Below, piece after piece: positions 9,074 through 16,979 of a stretch of 22,609 nucleotides of DNA. The position numbers and the translations under genes were made by a program. The notes below the pieces were generated by a model that ran no database searches, had not been told where the DNA came from, and saw nothing but the letters and a program-made list of their open reading frames with translations. Source of the DNA: Candidatus Bathyarchaeia archaeon (lineage in GTDB: Archaea > Thermoproteota > Bathyarchaeia > Bathyarchaeales > Bathycorpusculaceae); contig JAVZLS010000016.1 of the NCBI GenBank assembly GCA_038883715.1, forward strand, positions 1-22,609, given 5' to 3'. The stretch's first letter is position 1. Every line of letters begins with the position of its first letter.

Positions 9074-9319
9074 TTAAAATTTGCCATGGCTCAGCTTTTT
9101 CCTAGCCTCCATCTCCAGCGTCCATTCTTTTGCCAACTCCTTTGGAAAGTCATCAAACATCCTCTTCAAAGTCGCCATTGTAAGTTTTCCAAGGGGCTTT
9201 TGGCACACGGCGCACTTAAACCTAAAATGGGTTTCTTCAATTGTTAAAAGCGGCGAGCGACAATATGGACAGAAAAGTATCCCATCTCTATAAACTGGCG
9301 GCTTTAACTCGCTTTCCAT
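9074..9319 (-). CDS. Small zinc-finger protein
   Basis: CPYC-x14-CAVC followed by a helical C-terminus; start overlaps the end of the upstream nucleotidyltransferase gene by 16 nt. Confidence 0.65.
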   Translation of the reverse strand: MESELKPPVYRDGILFCPYCRSPLLTIEETHFRFKCAVCQKPLGKLTMATLKRMFDDFPKELAKEWTLEMEARKKLSHGKF

Positions 9320-9864
9320 TTCAACCCCTCACGGTAATACTTTATGAGATGCGCTAAGCCTTCCTCCTCAGCCCTTTTCATTAGGTAATCCCAGTCTATT
9401 TGTTCACGCATGTTTAAAAGCACAGACATGACATCCGAAAAGTCGAAGGTGTCTGGTCTCCTCGCTTTCAACTTGGTTATTATGTAGTCTTCCGGACATG
9501 GGATGGTTATCCGTACGCCGTCCACCTCAACCCTTTTTAGCCTTTTCAACGATTCTTGGCTTAAACCGACAGTGCTTAAGGAGAGAAGAACGTCTACTCC
9601 GGTTTTTGTTACGCCATCAATAAACTTCATCACAGCCCTTCCATTATAATATAACGTGTACCTATCTCCTAAAATTCTCTGCAACTTCTCCTTAGAAACG
9701 CGTGAAGCAACCACTATATCTATGTCCGCCGACGTTCTTGGTCTGCCATAAAAATGCACCGGTATTGCTCCAACAATTACGTACCTTATCCTATGCCTAT
9801 TAAGCCTCTCGACCAAATCCTTTAGGCAGAGTTTAACCTGTTCCGGAATGTAGCTCATAATCAT
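9304..9864 (-). CDS. Pol-beta-superfamily nucleotidyltransferase (DUF6036/AbiEii-like)
   Basis: YVIVGAIPVHFYGRPRTSADIDIVV (G-motif, RxT/S, DxD) and PEDYIITKL..R..D..D C-terminal motif. Start at ATG 9864 (or 9858) preferred over 9927 because a TTTATAT box lies at 9884-9890. Confidence 0.8.
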   Translation of the reverse strand: MIMSYIPEQVKLCLKDLVERLNRHRIRYVIVGAIPVHFYGRPRTSADIDIVVASRVSKEKLQRILGDRYTLYYNGRAVMKFIDGVTKTGVDVLLSLSTVGLSQESLKRLKRVEVDGVRITIPCPEDYIITKLKARRPDTFDFSDVMSVLLNMREQIDWDYLMKRAEEEGLAHLIKYYREGLKWKAS

Positions 9865-9883
9865 GTATTTAGTTTGGTAGATG

Positions 9884-9918
9884 ATATAAATGTTCCAAAG
9901 CCTTAAGCGTAAGGCTTT
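9884..9918 (-). promoter_or_regulatory. TATA box (TTTATAT, 9884-9890, minus strand) and adjacent perfect inverted repeat AAAGCCTTA-AGCG-TAAGGCTTT (9897-9918)
   Basis: Read directly from the sequence, in the divergent intergenic region between the nucleotidyltransferase and the 231-aa gene. Confidence 0.55.
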
Positions 9919-9957
9919 AGTCTTCAACGCGCATTATACGTTTTTGGCGATGCGTTG

Positions 9958-10650
9958 ATGGTTGTTGCCGGAAAAGTTTTTAGGCTTTCGGAACCGCTCC
10001 CACTGGACGAGGTTGCTTCTAGGCTTGAGGGCTACCGCGTTGAGGAATCCTATGAGGAGGGCGACTACAAGTTCACGCTTGTAACAGAAGTTGTGGGGCT
10101 TCTCCCAAAACCAGAAGAGAACATGCTTAGGGGCGTCTACTCCCACGACTACATAATTCACGTTTTCCACAGAGGCAAAGTCGCGCCTCTACCCCGCACA
10201 GTTGAAGCCCTCTTCAGCTTTTCCAAACTGGAAGACGCCACATTCCTAACAGTTGTTGAGAAAAAACGCCTAGCCAATTTTATAGCTAACAAGCTCAGCG
10301 AAATTTTATTTGACAAAATTGGCGGAATAGTTGAAGCCCGCATACCGCCAGAAACCCTCCGCGAATTCCACCTAAAAAACCCGGAAGACACAAAAATCAC
10401 GTTTTTCGACAATGTAGATATTCCCAACGTGAACAAGCTTTCGCTTTATGGACCAGACTTGGTGAACACCTCGCTTTTTGAGGATTATTGCAAGCACGGC
10501 GACCTATGGTACATTGTAGCTAGAGCAAGAGAGTACGGCTATGTGGTTGGCATAACAAGAGATGCCTCAGTAACCATCTTCAACCTAACGGATAAGGAGA
10601 AATACCTAGAATATGTGGCTAAAGAAGTGTATCCGCTAATCATAAAATAA
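9958..10650 (+). CDS. Hypothetical protein (about 230 aa, soluble alpha/beta)
   Basis: Long ORF with genome-typical composition and no motif I recognise; ATG at 9958 (TTG at 9955 is the alternative). Confidence 0.8.
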   Translation: MVVAGKVFRLSEPLPLDEVASRLEGYRVEESYEEGDYKFTLVTEVVGLLPKPEENMLRGVYSHDYIIHVFHRGKVAPLPRTVEALFSFSKLEDATFLTVVEKKRLANFIANKLSEILFDKIGGIVEARIPPETLREFHLKNPEDTKITFFDNVDIPNVNKLSLYGPDLVNTSLFEDYCKHGDLWYIVARAREYGYVVGITRDASVTIFNLTDKEKYLEYVAKEVYPLIIK

Positions 10651-10681
10651 GCGGCTAGAATATGCTCCTTAGCAGTTAAAC

Positions 10682-10712
10682 TTCACAAGGCCGCATTTGT
10701 GAAACTTTAATA
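10682..10712 (+). promoter_or_regulatory. Inverted repeat TTCACAA-N8-TTGTGAA abutting a BRE/TATA (GAAAC-TTTAATA) for the SPFH operon
   Basis: Arms at 10682-10688 and 10697-10703; TTTAATA at 10706-10712; SD GGAGG at 10743-10747; GTG start at 10752. Confidence 0.55.
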
Positions 10713-10751
10713 GGGCGCTGTTAGAATAATCATTGTAACGTTGGAGGAAAA

Positions 10752-11102
10752 GTGTTGGAATCTGAAAGAAAGGCGTCCTCATTCAGCTATGGCGCCGGCG
10801 CCCTAGCAGTTCTCGTTGCCTCTTTAGGCTTTGCAGCAATTGCCTACAGCGTTAAGATTATTCCCTACTTCGACTATCTCAACCTTCCAGCTTGGATTTT
10901 TGGTCCCCTAGGAGTTTATACACTGTTTTATTCGTTTTTCAGCCGTAAAGACCCAATTTACTATCTTGTCTGGGGAATTATCATGACATGTGTTGGTGTT
11001 GTTTCAGCAACCTACGCGGTCGTGCCACCGCCTCTAGTTCTGGGGATACTTTTAATTATAATGGCTGTCATAGGTATAGCCGCATATAAGAGGAGTAAGT
11101 GA
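10752..11102 (+). CDS. Hypothetical membrane protein (about 4 TM helices)
   Basis: Four hydrophobic segments, basic C-terminus, GGAGG SD, GTGA overlap with the next gene. Confidence 0.8.
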   Translation: MLESERKASSFSYGAGALAVLVASLGFAAIAYSVKIIPYFDYLNLPAWIFGPLGVYTLFYSFFSRKDPIYYLVWGIIMTCVGVVSATYAVVPPPLVLGILLIIMAVIGIAAYKRSK

Positions 11103-11638
11103 TGAGCGGGAAAGAATATTTGGAAAAGGTTCGCGGAGAAAGAAGCCTCCTAGAGAGAATAATGGGCTATATTCCGGGATACAGAGGCTACAAGGAGAAG
11201 GAACTTCGAAGGGAAAGTGACCGCCTCGTCCGCATGGAGGTTGTGAATAGACTTAAGGATGCAAAAACAATTTTTAGGAGAAGCTTCGCAAACCCGTCTG
11301 TTGCCCAAAGGCTTTCCGGAGAAGACACATACAGGTATGAGTCGCTATTATCACGTCTTGATAGGGTAACCCAAAGAATAGATAGGGCTGTTGCTGGATA
11401 TGCCGGAATGTTCGATGCGGTTAAGGTGCGGGAGGACAAGCTTGACCAAGTTCTCCAGTACGATGTAAACCTTATCGAGAAGGCTGAATCCATAAGGTTA
11501 GACGTTGAGAAAGTTGTTAAGATGAGTGTTGGCGGAGGCGAATGGAGGCAAGCCATGGACGATTTGACATCAAAAGTTGAGGAGTTGGATAGGCTGATTG
11601 ACCAGAGGTCAGAAATTCTTAGGGGGTTGCAAGGCTAG
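11099..11638 (+). CDS. Hypothetical all-alpha helical-bundle protein
   Basis: LLERIMGYIPGYRGYKEKELRRESDRLVR N-terminal motif and long amphipathic/heptad helices; coupled to the upstream membrane gene. Confidence 0.8.
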   Translation: MMSGKEYLEKVRGERSLLERIMGYIPGYRGYKEKELRRESDRLVRMEVVNRLKDAKTIFRRSFANPSVAQRLSGEDTYRYESLLSRLDRVTQRIDRAVAGYAGMFDAVKVREDKLDQVLQYDVNLIEKAESIRLDVEKVVKMSVGGGEWRQAMDDLTSKVEELDRLIDQRSEILRGLQG

Positions 11639-11655
11639 AAGGGAGGTGAAATTGA

Positions 11656-12693
11656 ATGCCAAAAGTTATTGAGTGGACAGGTGCAAGGGAAGGGGACATA
11701 GTTTGGAGATATCCAAATGAAGAAATAGCTTGGGGAGACAACCTGATAGTTCACGAGTATGAGGCTGCAGTCTTCTTCAGAGATGGAAAAGCCTACGATG
11801 TTTTTAGGGCTGGGCGTCACGTTTTGACAACGGCAAATCTCCCGCTACTAACAAAAGTGTTGTCTAAAATTGCTGGTTTTGATAAGGTCCCCTTTAGATG
11901 CACCGTAATTTTCATCTCACTTAAACAGTTTCAAGGAAGGTTCGGCGCCCAAAGCCAGACTAAGGAGCTTGCCCCAATAAAGTTCTTTGGAAGCTTCTGG
12001 TTTAGGGTTGAGGAGCCAAACCTCTTCGTTAACGAAGTGGTTGGTGGGCAAGGGGTCTTCACAACTGATAAGCTTCAAGACTTTTTGAGGGGCTATTTCA
12101 ATGAGAGGCTTATTGACACTTTAAGCCAGTACTCGCTGGCGGAGGTTTATGGAAAGCTGGACGAAACAAGCCTTGTGGCTAAAAACGCCCTTTTCGACGC
12201 CTTCTCGAGGGTAGGTCTTGAGCTTATAGATGTTAAATTTGAGGGAATTGACACAACGCCTGAATGGAGAGATAGGCTGTTCTACGTAAAGACCGGTGTT
12301 GCAGCAACCGACGTTCTAAGGATGGAGACTGTCCAAAAATCGGCTGAAAGCTTATCCAAAAGCCCAGGAGCAGCTGTGGGAGCTGGAGCGGTGATACTTC
12401 CACAAGTGCTTCAGCCAGCACCGGCACCGGCGCCAGCAGCACCAATGGTGTTATGTCCGAAATGTAATTTCCAGAATCCACAGACGGCAAAGTTCTGCAG
12501 CAACTGTGGCGCGCCACTGCAAGCTGTTGGAGGGGTTAACTGTCCCAAATGTGGGACATCAAACCCTGCTGGAGCCAAGTTCTGCATAAACTGCGGAAGC
12601 CCGCTGCAAGCAACAGCCAAGTGTCCAAAGTGTGGAAGCGAGGTTCAAGCCGGAGCCAAGTTCTGTCCAAACTGTGGAGAAAAACTATCCTAA
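11656..12693 (+). CDS. SPFH/Band-7 domain protein (YdjI-like) with three C-terminal zinc ribbons
   Basis: IVWRYP..LIVHEYEAAVFFRDGKAYDVFRAGRHVLTTANLP is typical of YdjI-type SPFH; Pro/Ala linker; 3x CPKC-x10-CxxCG; strong SD GGAGGTGA at 11642-11649. Confidence 0.9.
   Translation: MPKVIEWTGAREGDIVWRYPNEEIAWGDNLIVHEYEAAVFFRDGKAYDVFRAGRHVLTTANLPLLTKVLSKIAGFDKVPFRCTVIFISLKQFQGRFGAQSQTKELAPIKFFGSFWFRVEEPNLFVNEVVGGQGVFTTDKLQDFLRGYFNERLIDTLSQYSLAEVYGKLDETSLVAKNALFDAFSRVGLELIDVKFEGIDTTPEWRDRLFYVKTGVAATDVLRMETVQKSAESLSKSPGAAVGAGAVILPQVLQPAPAPAPAAPMVLCPKCNFQNPQTAKFCSNCGAPLQAVGGVNCPKCGTSNPAGAKFCINCGSPLQATAKCPKCGSEVQAGAKFCPNCGEKLS
12454..12690 (+). repeat. Three intragenic tandem zinc-ribbon repeats
   Basis: TGTCCnAArTGT at 12454, 12541 and 12622 (spacings 87 and 81 nt), each followed by GCmAAGTTCTGy..AACTGyGG. 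Confidence 0.85.
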
Positions 12694-12732
12694 ACTTCCC
12701 ATCTATATTTCTTTAGTCTTTAAATTTTTAAG
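12694..12732 (+). terminator. Putative T-rich archaeal terminator after the SPFH operon
   Basis: Pyrimidine/T tracts (TATATTTCTTT..TTTTTT) right after the stop; may overlap the next gene's promoter. Confidence 0.35.
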
Positions 12733-12785
12733 GCACTTAATTTTGAGATTTTGAGCCTAACTGGGCGGTTGCGTGAGGGTTAGCT

Positions 12786-13388
12786 ATGGACGATAGTCTC
12801 AAGGGTTTGTGGCTAATCGTTTTAAGCGGCTATCCAGGTTCTGGCAAAACTATGCTTGCCAAGAGGCTTGTCGCCGATTATCCATACATAGCCAGAATAG
12901 GCGTTGACGAGTTGAGACAAATGCTCTTTCATGAGGGTTTTCCATGCCGCGATGAATTTCTTGTTTATTCACTTATTGCCGAAATGCGGGATATCCTCCT
13001 AAAGAAAGGCTACAGCGTCGTTATAGACTCCACAGCCCCAGACAATGTGACCCGAGAATTTCTTTTAACATCGAAGGTTTCACCCGTTAACAGTCTACTC
13101 GTAGTTTTCAGCGTTGAGAAGGAAATTTTGATCGAGAGGAGCCTTGAACGGTTTGGCACCATCCGTCCCATAGATGCCTATGACAAGCGTTGGGAAAACC
13201 CAAAGGGCGGAACAGCCATCTTCAAATTTAAGAGCAACACACCAGAAGAGTTTGAAGCCTATTACGCCCGCCTAAAAGAGCTTCTTGAAAGCGAAACCCA
13301 CCCCTTCAAACCAGAATTCCAGCAGAGAATCCTAACATTGAAGGAGATAAGAAAAGCCCTCAAAAACTTCCTCAAGAAACGCCAATAG
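12786..13388 (+). CDS. P-loop kinase (AAA_33 / nucleotide-kinase fold)
   Basis: LIVLSGYPGSGKT Walker A, DELR, VVIDST, and a lid-like ERSLER. Confidence 0.85.
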   Translation: MDDSLKGLWLIVLSGYPGSGKTMLAKRLVADYPYIARIGVDELRQMLFHEGFPCRDEFLVYSLIAEMRDILLKKGYSVVIDSTAPDNVTREFLLTSKVSPVNSLLVVFSVEKEILIERSLERFGTIRPIDAYDKRWENPKGGTAIFKFKSNTPEEFEAYYARLKELLESETHPFKPEFQQRILTLKEIRKALKNFLKKRQ

Positions 13389-13412
13389 CCAAAACAGAAC
13401 GCCTTACAAATC

Positions 13413-14024
13413 TTACTTTTGGACATTCTCAACATCCTTTATTAATAGGTTAGTCCACTCCCTCGCCCGTTTCATAGTTTCCGTCTCTTTTAGAATAGAG
13501 CCTTTCTCAATTCCGCCAGCCTTTGCCGAAAAACCTATGAAGGGCCAGAAGCGCGAGGTAACTGGTTTCATTTGCAACATTAATGCAAACTCTTGTAGGT
13601 GATGGAGAATTTGGAAGGCGTTGAAGCTGCTGCCTGAAGCCGAAACGGCTACCAGTAGGCATGGCTTACCCTTTAATGGATTTTTGCCTTCACCATGCCT
13701 TTCTTGGGTGAAATAGTCTAAGCAGCTTACTCTTTCAAGAAATGCTTGAAATTTTGATGGGACATAAAAGTAGAATGGACAGGCAAATATTATTCCGTCA
13801 GCTTGTGCCATTTCGGCGAAAAGCTTCTGGAAGTCATCGTTTAGGGCGCATTGGAAAGGTTTTAGTGCACATTTTTCGAAGCATAGTTCACATGGTTTAA
13901 TGTTTAACTCTGCCATCTGAACAATTTTCGTTTCATGGGAGGAAACACCCTTTAACATTTCCCTTAGCAGAAGATAGGAGTTCCCATCCTTTCTATTAGA
14001 GCCAACAACGCCTAAAATCCTCAT
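13413..14024 (-). CDS. Flavodoxin-family / iron-sulfur flavoprotein (NADPH-dependent FMN reductase fold)
   Basis: ILGVVGSNRKDGNS FMN loop, Cys cluster CELCFEKC..C, ADGIIFACPFY. ATG at 14024 with GTGGTGG upstream; the ORF track starts at 14036. Confidence 0.88.
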   Translation of the reverse strand: MRILGVVGSNRKDGNSYLLLREMLKGVSSHETKIVQMAELNIKPCELCFEKCALKPFQCALNDDFQKLFAEMAQADGIIFACPFYFYVPSKFQAFLERVSCLDYFTQERHGEGKNPLKGKPCLLVAVSASGSSFNAFQILHHLQEFALMLQMKPVTSRFWPFIGFSAKAGGIEKGSILKETETMKRAREWTNLLIKDVENVQK

Positions 14025-14128
14025 AACCCACCACAACTAAAACTCATTTTCTTGATTATTATAGAAAAATTTTCCTAAGTTTTTTATTTTTAATCGACTA
14101 ACTACCTTATGTAGGGAGGCTAAAAGAT

Positions 14129-14368
14129 TTGGAGGCCTATATTTTGATAAATGCTGAGGCTGGCATGATTTGGGAGGTTGCCGAAGCAGCCCTAAAAATT
14201 GATGGTGTTAGGATGGCTCATGCTGTGACTGGGCAGTTTGACGTTGTTGCTTACGTGGAGTTTGCGAAGGTTGAGGAGCTTGGAAAAATAATTGAAAGGG
14301 TTCAGCAGATTAGGGGTGTTCGCCGCACACAAACCCTTATTGCTGTTCCACCACCCATAAGAACTTAG
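14129..14368 (+). CDS. Stand-alone Lrp/AsnC ligand-binding (RAM) domain protein
   Basis: AYILIN..AHAVTGQFDVVA..IRGVRRTQTLI; no HTH; GGGAGG SD upstream. Confidence 0.88.
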   Translation: MEAYILINAEAGMIWEVAEAALKIDGVRMAHAVTGQFDVVAYVEFAKVEELGKIIERVQQIRGVRRTQTLIAVPPPIRT

Positions 14369-14410
14369 TCAGCTTATCATTCGCCTAGCACCTTGTGCCT
14401 AAAAGCCAAC

Positions 14411-15046
14411 CTAAATTATTCCAATCCAGCCTCCGATGGCTTCTCCAAAATATGCGAGAACTGCAAAAACTATTAGCCTAGGAGTAAAGCTCAAAAGAAG
14501 AAAGGTTTTGATGCTTGCTTTTAAAAGTCCGCAGACCAGAGCCAAGAACTCCACTGGCAGAAATGGAACTAAACCAAACAGCGTATAAAGAATCCAGCCC
14601 CAACGGCTCCATAAAAACGTGGCTTCCTCAAGTTTTTCAGCGCCCACCTTTTTAATTACAAATGGTCTTCCCAAACGGTAAGCCAAATAATAATTTATTG
14701 TCATACCTATCGTGAAGCCAGTTGTTGCGGCAACCACTAGCGGCAATGGATGAATTCCTAATGAAGCTGCCGCCACCACAAGTGCTGGGCTTCCAAGCGG
14801 GACAACGGTTCCAGCAAGTATTGTGGCGAGGAAAACCCCTAAAACACCGTAATCCTTCGCAAAAGCCTTTACATCTGAAATTATTTGAAAACTGCCAATG
14901 TTTATGGCTTTGAATATGAACATGGCGGCTATTCCTATGGCGAGAAAAATTAGCCCAACGATTATAGCGGACCTAACCCACGAAGTTTTAATAACATCTG
15001 AAAAATTTTGCTTTGCTTCTTTTTCCGCATGCGTCTTCGTCTTCAA
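14411..15046 (-). CDS. DedA/VTT (YqaA-like) membrane protein
   Basis: GTVVPLGSP, GMTINYYLAYRLGR and VPFLP..LVCGL..PR motifs; multiple TM helices; TTGA overlap with cobO. Confidence 0.85.
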   Translation of the reverse strand: MKTKTHAEKEAKQNFSDVIKTSWVRSAIIVGLIFLAIGIAAMFIFKAINIGSFQIISDVKAFAKDYGVLGVFLATILAGTVVPLGSPALVVAAASLGIHPLPLVVAATTGFTIGMTINYYLAYRLGRPFVIKKVGAEKLEEATFLWSRWGWILYTLFGLVPFLPVEFLALVCGLLKASIKTFLLLSFTPRLIVFAVLAYFGEAIGGWIGII

Positions 15047-15573
15047 AATTCTATTCCTTCCCTCGCTTGGCAGCCCCTCTTAAAGGGGTGTTTAACTTCC
15101 CGCATTTCTGTGACGAGGTCTGCAACATCAATTATCTCCTTTGGTGCATAACGTCCAGTTAAAACCAGCTCCACGTGTTTCGGCTTGCTCTCAATAAGTT
15201 CCAAAACTTTTTCTAGACTTATGAGTTTGAGGTTCAAAGCCACATTAATCTCGTCTAGTATAACTAGGTCGTATTCCCCGCTTTTGATGGTTTTTTCCGC
15301 TAGCCGGAGGGCTTCTTCCGCAAGCTTCACGTCCTCTTCCGATGGTGGTTGCGTTGTGACAAATTTTCCCCTTCCAAAGGCTTTCAATGTGAGATTTGGC
15401 AGCCTATCAACAATGTAGAGTTCCCCGTAGTCGAATCCGCCTTTTATAAACTGTATGATGTAGACTTTTAGGCCTCTACCTATAGCCCTTAAAGCCAACC
15501 CGAAAGCTGCTGAAGTTTTGCCTTTCCCATCTCCGGTGTAGACTTGCACAAGACCCCTTTCAAGCTTCGGCAT
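15043..15573 (-). CDS. cobO: Cob(I)alamin adenosyltransferase (CobA/CobO/BtuR type)
   Basis: VYTGDGKGKTSAAFG, IQFIKG, LDEINVA, VLTGR, ADLVTEM..KHPF motifs. Confidence 0.95.
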   Translation of the reverse strand: MPKLERGLVQVYTGDGKGKTSAAFGLALRAIGRGLKVYIIQFIKGGFDYGELYIVDRLPNLTLKAFGRGKFVTTQPPSEEDVKLAEEALRLAEKTIKSGEYDLVILDEINVALNLKLISLEKVLELIESKPKHVELVLTGRYAPKEIIDVADLVTEMREVKHPFKRGCQAREGIEF

Positions 15574-15588
15574 CGCCTTTTCAGCCCT

Positions 15589-16536
15589 CTACTCTAACAT
15601 TTGATTTAGAAGTTTTTCCGCGGCTGACGCCGGGTCTATTTCTCGTTCGACAATTCGCCTTAAAATCTCCTCGAAGCGTTTTTCCCGCTTCAGTTTCTCG
15701 ATTATCGAGCTTGTCACTTTATCCTTTATGGCTTCAACAAGCTCAGCTTCAGCCTTTTCCAAGCTTCTTTTGTGTAAAGGTCCCTTTTGGAGGTATTGCC
15801 AATGCTCCTCTATCTTCTCTATCAATTGTGGAACGCCTTCGCCGGTGAGGGCGACGGTCTTTATTATCGGCGGCGTCCAAGCCTTCTCCTTATTATCCAG
15901 CTGCAGCATGGCTTGAAGGTCCATCACAGCTTTGTCAGCGTTTTCACGGTCAGCCTTATTAACAACGAATATGTCGGCGATCTCCATTATCCCAGCCTTT
16001 ATGGCTTGAATCTCGTCGCCGAGTCCCGGAGCGTGAATAACAACTATTGTTTGCGCCACTTTGATTATTTCCACTTCTGACTGTCCAGCGCCGACTGTTT
16101 CAACAATTATTATATCTTTTCCAGAAGCGTCAAGTATTTTCACGGCGTCCTTTGTGGCTTTGGCTATTCCTCCCGGATTGTTTCTTGTCGCCATGCTGCG
16201 AATGAAAACACCCTCGTCCGTGCTCAGCTCTTGCATGCGGATTCTATCGCCCAAGAAGGCTCCACCCGTGAAGGGGCTTGTTGGGTCAACGGCTATCACG
16301 CCGACAGTTTTGCCTATCCGCCTATATTCGCGGACCATCTTCTCTATTAAAGTGCTTTTTCCAGAACCCCCAGGACCGGTCAAGCCTATTATGTGGGCTT
16401 TTCCTGTGTGGGGGTAAACCATTGCAATTAGGCTTTGGGCTTCTTCTGGGCTGTTCTCGGCTATGGTTATGGCTTTTGCTATGCTTCTTTTGTCCCCGGC
16501 GAGCACGCCTTTGGCTATTTCCTCAATTTTCTGCAA
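15589..16536 (-). CDS. meaB: MeaB/ArgK G-protein chaperone of B12-dependent mutases
   Basis: GLTGPGGSGKST, AVDPTSPFTGGAFLGDRIRM, ETVGAGQSE, NKAD. Confidence 0.95.
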   Translation of the reverse strand: MQKIEEIAKGVLAGDKRSIAKAITIAENSPEEAQSLIAMVYPHTGKAHIIGLTGPGGSGKSTLIEKMVREYRRIGKTVGVIAVDPTSPFTGGAFLGDRIRMQELSTDEGVFIRSMATRNNPGGIAKATKDAVKILDASGKDIIIVETVGAGQSEVEIIKVAQTIVVIHAPGLGDEIQAIKAGIMEIADIFVVNKADRENADKAVMDLQAMLQLDNKEKAWTPPIIKTVALTGEGVPQLIEKIEEHWQYLQKGPLHKRSLEKAEAELVEAIKDKVTSSIIEKLKREKRFEEILRRIVEREIDPASAAEKLLNQMLE

Positions 16537-16552
16537 TGGTTTTTACCGGCTT

Positions 16553-16978
16553 TTATCTTCTTTTTGGCGCATTCTCCAACACATATTTTACAATCTTGTC
16601 CGTTGGGGTTCCGGGTCCAAAAACCTCTCTTATCCCGATTTTTTTAAGCTCTGGGACGTCTTCCTCTGGGATTATTCCTCCTGCAAACACTAAAACGTCT
16701 GTCAAGCCCTTCTCTTTCAGCAGTTCCATTATCCTTGGGAAAAGTGCCATGTGCGCTCCTGACAAGATGCTTAAGCCGATGACATCGACATCCTCTTGCA
16801 GGGCTGTTTCAACAATTTGTTCTGGCGTCTGCCTCAACCCTGTGTATATTACCTCCATTCCGGCGTCGCGTAAGGCTCTTGCAACAACCTTTGCTCCTCT
16901 GTCGTGGCTGTCTAGTCCCGGCTTGGCTATCAAAACCCTTATTTTTCTTCCACTTTCGCTCATTTCTGCTTCCCCCAT
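16553..16978 (-). CDS. Acyl-CoA mutase small subunit (B12-binding domain)
   Basis: [11 protein letters not shown] (DxHxxG), SILSGAH, GGIIP, FGPGT. Confidence 0.95.
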   Translation of the reverse strand: MGEAEMSESGRKIRVLIAKPGLDSHDRGAKVVARALRDAGMEVIYTGLRQTPEQIVETALQEDVDVIGLSILSGAHMALFPRIMELLKEKGLTDVLVFAGGIIPEEDVPELKKIGIREVFGPGTPTDKIVKYVLENAPKRR

Positions 16979-16979
16979 T

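Noticed and set aside
12400-12690. Repeats as a CRISPR array or mobile element
   Set aside because: They are in-frame coding repeats (Pro/Ala linker and zinc ribbons) with no spacer structure.
12786-13388. Call as PSTK/KTI12 or polynucleotide kinase
   Set aside because: Only generic P-loop kinase motifs are visible and there is no supporting gene context.
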